A DNA stretch of 64,000 nt from Podarcis tiliguerta (Eukaryota): the NCBI GenBank assembly GCA_965153285.1, contig OZ229121.1. The stretch is one strand, 5' to 3'. Made by a program: the position numbers and the translations under genes. Positions 12,899 to 24,500 of the stretch are shown here, piece by piece. Numbering within the stretch: the stretch's first letter is position 1; every line of letters starts with the position of its first letter. Below the pieces are notes generated by a model. That model had not been told where the DNA came from, did not search any database, and worked only from the letters and a program-made list of their open reading frames with translations.

Positions 12899-13299
12899 AA
12901 ACAACAACTTAGGAATTTAAGCAGAATGTAATTGGTTGGACCAAAAGGACGTGCAGCTTAATAAAGGTCAGCTAGGAGGGATGGACCGTGAAGCCTTGAG
13001 AAATAATTAAAAAAGAATTGTGAGATGTATATAACAACTTTTGAAAAATACGTAAAAAAGAGAAAAGAATTGCACTGTTAAGCATGCAGTCCTAGGCATG
13101 GCTTACTCGTAAGGAAGCCTCCTGTGTTTAATAGGGGGGAGGGTTTATTCCTATTTTGTTTACGACTGCAGTACCTCACGTGACCTCCAGGATGTCTCAA
13201 CTGCCCCCCCCCTCCAATAAACGCCAGACAGACGGGAGTTTTACCTCACGTCTTAATACATATCATTTCTGAAAAACAAACCAACCACCTCAGCGAACG

Positions 13300-13700
13300 A
13301 ACCCTTTAAGCGCGCACAAACCCACACCCTTTGCAATCGCCCTGAAGGCCTTGAAACGCAGCAGCGCCGCCACTGAGACAGGAGCTTCGGCCTCCGGGTC
13401 CCAACCGAAGGCTGACGGACAAGTGCGCACGCGCGAGGCGGCAGAGCCGGCGACAGACCGGAAGAAGTCTCGCCGCGCGGCTTCTCCCCGCCCCTTTCCC
13501 TTCCTTCCTCACCTCACCTCCCCGCCCCGCTTCCGAGCTTCGTCCAATGACTAGCCGCGAGCCGGCCTCTGTGGCGCGCATGCGTCGTTTCTTGACGTTG
13601 CCGCTCGCGGGAAAATTCGAATCCAGCTGCGCGGGCGCCAAACGGAGCTGGTCGTGGATTCTCAACGGTGAGTTTTGAGGGGAGAGGGCGAGGCCGTGGC
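13300..13700 (+). promoter_or_regulatory. NCAPG2 CpG-island, cell-cycle-type promoter
   Basis: Only CpG-dense stretch in the window. GC boxes (CCCCGCCC ~13485, ~13520), CCAAT 13544, NRF1-like GCGCATGCG 13576, TGACGT 13593, E2F-like CGCGGGAAAA 13606 followed by CHR-like TTCGAA 13616, and GGCGCCAAA ~13634. Confidence 0.88.
13600..13667 (+). other. NCAPG2: NCAPG2 non-coding exon 1 (start approximate)
   Basis: Strong donor ACG|gtgagt at 13667/13668 at the 3' edge of the CpG island; next acceptor cttag| at 15458. Confidence 0.75.
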
Positions 13701-14185
13701 AGGTGAATTATAAACGGAATTATGTTAGGGTAAGCTAGGTCTGTGGTGACCTATTCCTGACAGTGGCCAATGCCCAGCAGCTGCCTGCTAGTCAGGGAGC
13801 CGGAAGGGTGGGCGTCTTGTGGAGAAAGGTAAAGGAATAGGCCTGCTGGATTAATGCTAAGGACCTGCTTTCTCTATTCCACATTTTATTCAAACAGCTT
13901 ATTATCGTCCCGTCCCGTCCCGTCCCTTTTTCCTCGTGTGACGTGCCTTTTCGATAGCAAGCCTCAGGGGAAAGGACTGTTTACTATACTGGCGTTTGTA
14001 GGTTGCTCTGGTTGCCTTTTCTGCTCGAAGAAAGTGAGGTAAAAGCACACCTTTGAAATGGTTTGTTGTTGTTATTTAGTGACTTCTAGGCGCGTCTGAA
14101 ACAGAGAAGTGACAGGAGGAAGGGCGGTTGTATACAAGGTGGAAATTACTTTACTTAATCTAGGTCCATTAATTTCAGTGGTCTA

Positions 14186-14400
14186 CAGTGGTACCTCGGG
14201 TTACAGACGCTTCAAGTTACAGACTCAGCTAACCCAGAAATAGCACCTCGGGTTAAGAACTTTGCTTCAGGATGAGAACAGAAATTGTGTGGCGGCAGTG
14301 TAGCGGCCCCTTTAGCTAAAGTGGTACCTCAGGTTAAGAACAGTTTCAGGTTAAGAACGGACGTCAGAACAAATTAAGTTCTTAACCCGAGGTACCACTG
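14186..14400. mobile_element. MITE family A copy 2 (orientation b)
   Basis: Same TIRs as copy 1, TA TSD. Confidence 0.92.
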
Positions 14401-15486
14401 TACTGTTTAGAATAGAATATAATGGAATGGAATCCCATACATATGGGAACAAAGGCACGTGATGATGAAAGGAGAATTGTGTGTTTGCCTTCAGTTCCTT
14501 TTTTTTTAAAAAAGAAGCAATATAAAAAATATTCTACCTTCAACTTCAGGAATATGTGGTGGGGGGGTAGGGGTAGGGTTGGCTTCAGGCGGGGGCTGGG
14601 GGAGCAAATAGCCACAGTAAACAAGCTGTAGCCAAAAAGAGCCAAGAGAGAAAACCTATGGATACTTTCGTCTTTGTCATCTCTTTTCTCAAAATTCATA
14701 TTGTGTAGGACAATAAAGAAGTGAATCGCCAGTAGCTGGAACTAGTGAGCTATTGTGGTAAGGCTAGTTATACTACATGTTCTGCCCTGTTGCCAGAACA
14801 GTTGCCAGTCCATTAATTTACTTAAGAAGTATAGAAACATAGAGAGACAGTACCTAAAGAAGTGTACGGAATAACCTAAAACTACTGATATTACTGAAAA
14901 TAGCAGTAAAACATCCATTGCTGCCAGATGGACAATAATTCATGGCCAAATTAAAGCAGCAGCAGTTAAATACATTCAGTTATGTGGTGAAAAAAAATAT
15001 TGTAAAGACAGCTGGGCCAGAATACATCTTTAGAAAGAGCCAGGCCAGCAGTGTAGGAGACAGTTGCTCCAAGGAGTCGAAGTGCAAGTGCTGCCAGGTT
15101 TAAAGGAGGTAACCTAGAGGGGCAGTGGTTAGTGAGGCAATAGATGTTTTCTTGGAAGCAAGCAACATGAAGGCAAAGTTTTTCTTTTCTTTTTTTGCGA
15201 GGGAGGGGGAGGAAACAAACCATAATCACTAGTTTGCACCTAGTATGAAACCAGTCTCTGGTTTGTTTCCACTCTAGTGTATCAAGGTAAGGAGCAGGGG
15301 AGAAGCAAATCGGAGACATTTGAGCAGTCTGCACCTACATACTTCTTATTCATATTAAAAATGTAATGTGGTGTGTGAACTAGGTTTGTATGCCAATCAG
15401 TTCTGAATTGCTGTTCTGACATTAAATTGGATTTCCTGTTGCAATGTTTTCCTCTTAGACTTTTATGGATTACGAAGTAATACAAC

Positions 15487-15564
15487 ATGGCAAAACGTGA
15501 AGCTTTTCTACAGGCTGCTTTTAATGGTGCCAACAAGGAGTTCTTGCATTTTATCCAACTTCAC
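15487..15564 (+). CDS. NCAPG2: NCAPG2 exon 2, coding part (exon starts 15459)
   Basis: aacATGG Kozak context; MAKREAFLQAAFNGANKEFLHFIQLH|gtaagt. Confidence 0.92.
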
Positions 15565-18500
15565 GTAAGTAAATATGAAGAGAAAAAAAGTGCCTGGAGT
15601 GGGATGAAACGCTTTTGTTCAGTGACAAACTTTTGGTTTGTATTATTTTTACAGAAAGATGCAGCAGATCCATTTGATTTGAATGAGTTGTTGCAAGAAT
15701 TATCTAGGAAGCAGAAAGAAGCATTGTGGGAGAAGTTAGCACAGTGGTTGGCACAAGTTTTAGTGGAAGACCCAACAGAAGAATGGCAGAGAGTTGGAGA
15801 AGACTGTGATGATGACATGGAAATTGAGACGGCTGCTAAAAGGGTATTTCTTATAACAGATTCCTGCTATGCTTCATGAGCTGATACAATTACTGTAATT
15901 ATTTATTCATTTGTTCATTTATGTGGCTACCACCTTAGGCACCAGAAGCCTTTCATATGCACTCCTTTTATGTCAATTTCAATTGCATCAGGGGTGGGCA
16001 TCCTTTTGACCTGGCCAGCCAGATTTTTAGCTTCTCTACCCTCGTCAGCTGGGTTCAGGCATTCTAGCTTGAGTTCAGGCACACTCAAACCCTACACAAA
16101 GCAGGATTGAATCACCTGTACAACTGTGTTTACCTCCCCCACACCTGATTGCATATATATGATTGCAGGCATGAGTCAGGTGGCCAGGGTTTCTGAAAAA
16201 CAGCCCCATAGGCCAAATGGGAAGGCCCAAGTTTGGCCTACAGACTGGAGGTTCCCTACCTCTTGATTTACATCCTGTACTTCCCTGTCAGAATGGCTTA
16301 TGGTGGGCTTCCAGGCCTTTCCACACATTGTCCATTCTAGTTTTTATACAGCAGAGGGGCCAGGGGAAAGCATGATGGTAATAGGTTGAGAATCTCAAAT
16401 GCAAGTTGCAGATGCCTTTGTTAACATGAATGAAGTGAAGGCTTATTATTTATCAAAATCTCAACTGCTTTCTTCAGGAAAGCAGTGCAGAATTGTGTGA
16501 GTTTTCTTCACTATACTGTACTGAAAATAATGGCTTACAGCTAATTTAGACCCATTGATTTAAGTGGATCTACTCTGATTAGAGTTTGATTGGACACAAC
16601 CCAGTCTGCTTAAGGGTTCTTTGAAACCCATTCTCTCTTAAAGAAAACACAGTTACCTAGTCTATCCACTTAGGTTAATTGGCTCTCAGCTCCTAATTCA
16701 ATGAATTTATTTGTTCTTGGTTCAAGTTCTTTTGCTGAAAATTTGTAGATACATGGATAACTTTTTTAACAGCTTAAGGAAGAGTGCTGTGTTACTTCAA
16801 AGCTTATATTCTGCACCATGAATATGAATTCACATCAGTTGATTGGATGTTGTTGTAAAACCTGTTTGTAAGTAGTTGCAAACTGGTACAAGGTTTTTCC
16901 TTGTTTTGTTTTTGTTTTCTAAACCTCAAAACTTGAACAGTGGCAGATCCTGAAAAAGACAAGGAAACGAAAATATGATGCAAGGAGGAGAAAATGACAT
17001 ACAAAAATTAGTGCCCTGTTAATTTCAGTGAGAGAGCTTAACATGTGTTTAAATATTTTCTGCTGGAAAGTGCTTGACTGGCTAGATCACGTTCATGATG
17101 TTTGGAAAGACACTTACCGTATTTTTCGCTCCATTGGACGCACCAGACCATAGGAGGGGGAGAACAGGGGAAATTTTTTTTTTCTTGTTCTCCCCCTCTA
17201 AAACAAGGTGTGTTCAAGGTACATTCACCCAGGCTTGTGGGGCTGGTGGTGGGGGGAAGAGCTGCTTTCCCCCACCGCCAGCCTCAAAAATCCCTGAAGC
17301 CTTTGGAGCGCAGCGCCCGCTGCCCTGGAGAGGCTGTGCATGCAGCCATCCCCAAGCTAGAACAGCGAGACGGAGCGCTCCGCCGTGCTCCGTCTCCCTG
17401 TTCTGGCTTTGGGCTTAGCGGCGCAGCCTGCATTCGCTCTGTAGGACGCACACACATTTCCCCTTAATTTTTGGAGGGGAAAAAGTGCGTCCTATAGAAC
17501 GAAAAATACGGTACTCTCACAATAGGTTTTAATGGGGGATCACAGCAGTGCTGCTCTACCATAATTGTAAATACTGCCTAGTAAAAAATAAATTAGTACC
17601 TGCATTTAATAAAGGGAGGACATACTTAAATACCTTTCAGCAAAGGATTTTATTCCAGCTAATATTAAGCCAAATCATACTGCTTTCAGTTTTTCTTGAA
17701 TAATTGTGGCCTGATGTTGTAGTTTAACTTCATAGCCTTGTTAAGTAAGTGTACCTCTCTCAACTTTTAGGAAGAAACCACAGCTGTCATCCATGGTGTT
17801 GCCACTGTAGTTACTACTTCCATACCCACAGTAGATGAAAATGTAAACATCAAAGCTCTTTTAGAATGTGCACTGATATTAAATGGTACGTATTTCAGTT
17901 GATCTCAGCATACTGGGATCTTTGGTATATTGATAGTGCTAAACATCCTTTGCGTGAACAAGCAAATGTTTAAAATAAAAGGAATGCCACTTCTGGGAGT
18001 GGAAGTAATTTAAACCTGCTGGCTTATGGCTTTCTTCATACAATTGCATGTTCCTTGAACATTTAAAACCCATCTTTTCTTTAGCTATTATTGTTTCTTT
18101 ATTGTTTCATATTTTGAAAACCTTAATGCATGTCATATAACCACTTATCTCATAACAGATTCACTGGTTTGCATAGCAACAAAGTAATAATCTAAAATGT
18201 TGGTGTAAATATTGTATCTGTTGATATGTTTATAGCTTAACAAGTGGGCGTAAGTGCTTTACAAGTTTCAAGTACTCTTGATGTGGGTTTCAGATTGTAA
18301 AACGACTGGAATGAACTTACTGAAACAAAACTATAACCTTGGTCATACCACAAATTCATCCAAAGCTAGTTCTTAAACCTAAGTGTGGTCCATCCCATTT
18401 AGTCATACGCACCTCATAGGAATCACTGTATTTCTTTCCTAACCTGGAATGAGAGTACGCTGTGGTGGGACAGCGGAGGGTCTCCCCCTTTGCCCGTACT

Positions 18501-21500
18501 ATCATCCCGACCAGAATGGTCCCTCCCCCATAATCCATTCACAGTAGAGTGCGCCTACCGGGACCAATAGAAGCTTTTATGCCATTGGAAATATGAGGCA
18601 CCTAGTTCCCCTGATTCTCAATGGGACCACGGGAGAAATAGTTAAAGCCACCCAGACAATGGACCCAATCCAATTTGGGTCCCCCTGGTTTATCTGTTTA
18701 TGTTTTACAAAATTATGTATGCCGTGGTTAACTGTGCTCCTAAGGTCACATCAAATTTTCCTAAGAAATTTAAATGACAAAGATAGAGTTACTGAGTCTG
18801 GCAGTAAAACATTTTTTTCCAAAAGACAGCTGTCTTGTGGCTGGCATTTTGGATAGCAACATAAGAAAATCAGCTTTGAGTTACCTTTCTTGAAGCATTT
18901 TAAGATTGCTAGCAGTCTCTTTTTGACACATAAATTTAATTGTGCTTGCTATGGTTTTGTTGCAGGCATTCTTTACACATTACCTGACTCTGAAAAATCT
19001 CTGCTGGGAGCCATCCAGTGCCTATGTGAGCGATGGTGGGAGAAGGGACTTGAAAGAAAAGAAGTGTTTGGGAAAAGTGCTTTCATCATGCTTCTGAAAA
19101 AGAGTCTTGAAAAGAAAATTGTTGTGGTATGCTTTATATATTTAATGCGTTAAGTCATGTTTATATACACTAGGGGCTACCACCCTTGCTCGCTCCACTT
19201 GTCGTCCCCAGCTACTCACCCCACACTTCCCTGCCCCCTTGAAGTACCTTCAGACCCAAAAATGCCCCCTAAGATGCATGCCAATGTTTAATTTAACCTT
19301 TCACTATGTCCATGCTAAAGCTTCAGGATAGCTTCCCCACTCGGTATGTCAGGGCTATCCAGAAACAGCTTTACCCTTCTGCCCATTCTTCCAGGCTACT
19401 CAAGAGAAGGTCATACTTCAATTGTTGTTGCTTAGTCGTGTCCGACTCTTCGTGACCCCATGGACCAGAGCACGCCAGGCACTTCTGTCTTCCACTGCCT
19501 CCCGCAGTTTGGTTAAACTCATGCTGGTAGCTTTGAAAACACTATCTAACCATCTCGTCCTCGGTCGCCCCCTTCTCCTTGTGGCCTCCATCTTTCCCAG
19601 CATCAGGGTCTTTTCCAGGGAGTCTTCTCTTCTCATGAGGTGGCCAAAGAACTGGAGCCTCAGCTGCACGATCTGTCCTTCCAATGAGCACTCAGGGCTG
19701 ATTTCCTTGAGAATGGATAGGTTTGATCTTCTTGCAGTCCATGGGACTCTCAAGAGTCTCCTCCAGCACCATAATTCAAAAGCATCAATTCTTCAGCCTT
19801 CTTTATGGTCCAGCTTTCACTTCCATACATCACTACTGGGAAAATCATAGCTTTTACTATACGGACTTTTGTTGGCAAGGTGATGTCTCTACTTTTTAAG
19901 ATGCTGTCTAGGTTTGTCATTGCTTTTCTCCCAAGAAGAAGGCGTCTTTTAATTTCATGGCTGCTGTCACCATCTGCAGTGATCATGGAGCCCAAGAAAG
20001 TAAAATCTCTCACTGCCTCCATTTCTTCCCCTTCTATTTGCCAGGAGGTGATGGGACCAGTGGCCGTGATCTTCGTTTTTTTTATGTTGAGCTTCAGACC
20101 ATATTTTGCGCTCTCCTCTTTCACCCTCAATAAAAGGTTCTTTAATTCCTCCTCACTTTCTGCCATCAAGGTTGTGTCATCTGCATATCTGAGGTTGTTG
20201 ATAATTCTTCCGGCAATCTTAATTCCGGCTAGGGATTCATCCAGCCCAGCCTTTCGCATGATGAATTCTGCATATAAGTTAAATAAGCAGGGAGACAATA
20301 TACAGCCTTGTCGTACTCCTTTCCCAATTTTGAACCAATCAGTTGTTCCATATCCAGTTCTAACTGTAGCTTCTTGTCCCACGTAGAGATTTCTCAGGAG
20401 ACAGATGAGGTGATCAGGCACTCCCATTTCTTTAAGAACTTGCCATAGTTTGCTACTTCAATAGTCTGCATTAATCCAGATCACCTATCTCAGCTGGAAA
20501 TGGGTAGGATGGATCAGTGTTGGGTGGCCTTTGCAAGCCTTCCCCACTTTCCCCCTGTCACCGCTGCCATAGAGAGCCGGAGAAGTATGGCTATATATTT
20601 CCTCCCATCTCCTGCAGGAACCAGTAGCAGTGATGGGGAGAGCGGGAAGGCTTGCCCACACTTACTTCCTACTCACCTGAGGCTGCTTGTCTACTGAAAC
20701 AACTCCCCAGCAACCATCTGCTAGGTTGCCACTTTGTTCCTCCTTGGCCTCTGACACTGCTGAAACTAAAAGAGTGATGTCAGTGTCAGGTGCATGGCAA
20801 CAGCAAATTAGGGTAGTTGCTGAGGACCTGTCCTGGCTGTTCTTTTGCAGCTTGTCTTGGCCTCCCACTACCCATGCCATTTGCTCACTTGCTCATCTGC
20901 CTGCCTGTTTTTCTTTTGCCACGTTGCAGTTTGTGTGGCCACCAGTACACAACCATGTGAACTGCAGCATGGCAACATTTTTTGCAACATCTTGCAAAAA
21001 TATTATAGAGTAAGAAGTTTGTGCTTGAGCTAATTGATACTGTAAGCTCCAGTACTTTGGTGCATATTGCATGACTGAAAGATGTCTCTCACCTCATAAT
21101 CCTCACACACAAATGCAATTGTTCATCTCCCCTAGGGTGTGGATATAGTCCGTCTATGGCATCTTCACCGGGCTTTACTGTGTTTTGATTATGACTCAGA
21201 GGAGAGTAATGAAGTGAAAGATTTGTTACTCAGGTGCTTTATGAGTATTGGCCATATTAAAAAAGAAGAGGTAAGCATGCTTTTTCTAAATATATCTTCT
21301 CACTGTTTTAAAATTATTGGGTGATAAGTTGATGCCTACAGAAATTAAAACAAGTCTTAGGGAGGGGGAGCATAGAATTTATATTTCTCACAAGGTATGT
21401 ATGTTCAGCAACCTGATGAATGCAGGATATCTACTTGCCTTTTACCCCATTCTTTGAAGAAAATAGTTAAGACCTACTTGTTTTGATGGGGGGGGGGATT

Positions 21501-24500
21501 CTTTTGCTTGTTTGGCTACAGATGTACTGGGTTTTGGAAGGGTTTTTCTGGTCAAAAATACTGGAGAAGTGGACCTGTCACCCTCCATATGTTATTGGCC
21601 TCCAGCTCCCATCAGCTGATGGCTAATGTCCAAAACCATCTGGAGGGCTGCAGGTTTCCTACCCCAGGATTACTTATGCTGTGTGTGGGTTTTGTTGCTT
21701 TTAAAGAACTTGGTTTCAATTGTGCGTTATGCTGCTGTAATATATTAAGTATTTTGTTAGCTGCCTTGAATACATGTTGTGCAGTGCAATCCCATCAATG
21801 TTTACTCAGAAGTTGTCTTCTGTTCGAAGAATCTTGCTGTCAAGAAAATGAGAATAGTTTATTATAGCCGTAAACCCTATGAATGTCATGTTACTTAGTT
21901 GTGAATATTAAAAAGCCCATTTGGCTCATTGTGAAGTTGCCTTGCCTTACATCTCTTTCAGGGGAGAAGATTCCTGAGTTTTCTTTTCACATGGAACGTG
22001 AACTTCATTAAAATGATACATGGGACTGTTAAAAATCAGCTGTTGTGTTTTCCTAGGTATGTTGGACTGAAGGCACTTGCTACTACTTTGTTTTATGCTT
22101 GTCATGCCCCAAAATGTGTATAGGTAGATAATATAGTGGGGCCATAAAACTATTAGGGAATATACGTTCAGATCCTAAGACATCATTATATATCTGTAAC
22201 TGGCCTTTTAGAAGGGGGTGGGATGTTTTAAATGTATGTCTCAGTTTCCTCTCTGTTTTAATGTAGCTATGTGGGCTTTTTTGTTCATTTAATGTTTGTA
22301 TGTTGCTCTGGGTTGTGCTGGGCAAGATAAAGATGATGATGATGATGATGATGATGATAATAATAATAAGGATTCAGTTTCTTATAGAATATCTGCCTCT
22401 GTCCATTACAAGAAGGTTTCAGAACCCTTTGCCTGTTGTAGCCAATTAGAGTGGCCAGATTAGGGCTGAGTGAATTGTGGAGGTAATAAATGCCTCTTGA
22501 AGGTATCTTCTCAACAGTTATTTTGTGAGGTCTGTTCTAAAGGAACCATCACTTGAACCAACTGATCTTGGTTGTACAATCTTGACTCTGAGTGCATGGT
22601 GACATAGTGACAACTTAACTCAAAATAGTTACTAGCCCTAGACTGTTTCCTAATCTTAATTATATCTTCATTTACTAATGCAGGTCCCTGATGACACACA
22701 TAGCTGAGGTTTATTTCAGAGCCTGGAAGAAGGCTTCAGGGAATGTACTGGAGGTATATTTTTTCAAAGTTGCTACTTGTCTTTGCTCTTAAATGTGTTG
22801 GCACTCTAAATCTTGAAGCCAGTGTAGGTAGAGGCAACCAGATTGTGTACATATCACAACTACAAGCAAGCGAGGTGAAATGCCACCTTTACTTAGCAGA
22901 AAGATCAGTTGTAAATAAGAACACTGATACTGACATATCCAAGGGGTGTATGGATCTTCTATGCTAAGTACAGTGGTATCTCAGGTTACAGACACTTCAT
23001 GTTACAGACTCCGCTAACCCAGAAACAGTACCTCGAGTTAAGGACTTTGCTTCAGGATGAGAACAGAAATTGTGTGGTGGCGGTGCGGCGGCAGCGGGAG
23101 GTGCCATTAGCTAAAGCGGTACCTCAGGTTAAGAACAGTTTCAGGTTAAGAACGGACCTCCAGAACGAATTAAGTTCTTAACCTGAGGTAACACTGTAGT
23201 TAGTCTTTCTTTGTGGAGGAACAGTTATTTTCAGGAGGACTGAGACAGCATTCATTATCTTCACTAGAGAATTCGCGTGAAGACTCAGTGGCCTAAGCTC
23301 TATTTGCATTAGCTCCATTCACAGGCAACTGGCAGTTGGATGGAACTACTTCTGCAGGGAGCAAGACACTTGGAAACTAGCCTCTTGTCAATACAGCTCA
23401 AGGTGCCAAACCACAATAGCATTAAACAATTATAACAAAAAATAGGCCATCAGAATAAAAATACAGAAAATATAAGCCGCCAATTAAAAAACAGCTTGAT
23501 CAAACAGCGTCCAGCAATTTGAAACAATTCAGTAAGTAGGAGAGATTAAAAACCACTTTTGATTCCCAAAGCCTTCCTGTAAAGAACGTTTTGGCAACCT
23601 GACTGAAAACTGTTAAATTGGGATCCAGGCAACCCTCCCATAAGAGCCAGTGCCAGAGTGCAGGTGCAGCCACAAGAAAGTCACTCTCCTTGGTCCCTAC
23701 TAAATGTACTTCTGGCCCTAGGACACATAGGATGGCCTCTGTTGAAGATCTTGGTAGGCAGTTGGTCCTGTGCAGGAGATATCCTTCAGATATACTGGCC
23801 TCAAACTGTAATGGGTTTTGAAGACAACACAGGCATTTAGAATTTGGCTCAGAGACAAGTTAGAAGTCAAGTGCAGTTGCTTCAATAACTTAGCCCTAAT
23901 TTTTCATATTGATGAGGATGTGTATTTGTTCTTATTTTAGGTGATTGAACATAGTTGCATTCAAGATTTCATGCATCATGCAATTCACCTCCCCAGGAAC
24001 TCTCCATTAAACTCTAAAGTGCGAGAGGTGCGTTGATATTCATGTTAATCCAGTGGCTTTCAGAATTCCTGTCTTTTCCCTTTCCACACTTTTGCCTTGC
24101 AGGGTGACCCCCCAGAACACATATTGTTCTCTCTTGAAGCTGTTCACAGCAAGAGAACACTGATGGCAAGTGGCAAGCTGTCTTTTAGAAAAACTTCTCC
24201 AGCATTGAGGAACCCAGTAATTAACAATTATATTTGTTTTGTGCATTTGTATTCTGCCTTTCCTAGAAGGAGCTCAAGGCAGCATGCATAGTTCTACCCT
24301 CTCGTACTCAACAACATCTATGTAAAGTAGATTAGGCATAGAGAGCTCTTGATTCACAAATGATCATACACTGGTTTATAAGCCATGGGATGATGGTGCA
24401 AATCCTCCTGTTGCAACTGGCCTATTACTTGCTGAGCCTCATGGCTGAGTGAGAATTTGAATCTAGGTTTCCCCGTCCTAGTCCAGCCTTCTGACCCAGA

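Noticed and set aside
13306-13665. 119-aa minus-strand ORF as a divergent gene
   Set aside because: Arg/Gly/Ala-rich translation expected from a CpG island; no recognisable domain or exon partners.
12243-20386. Long ORFs 12243-12899 (-), 19422-19850 (+) and 19805-20386 (+)
   Set aside because: They are antisense shadows of the BovB ORF, not genes.
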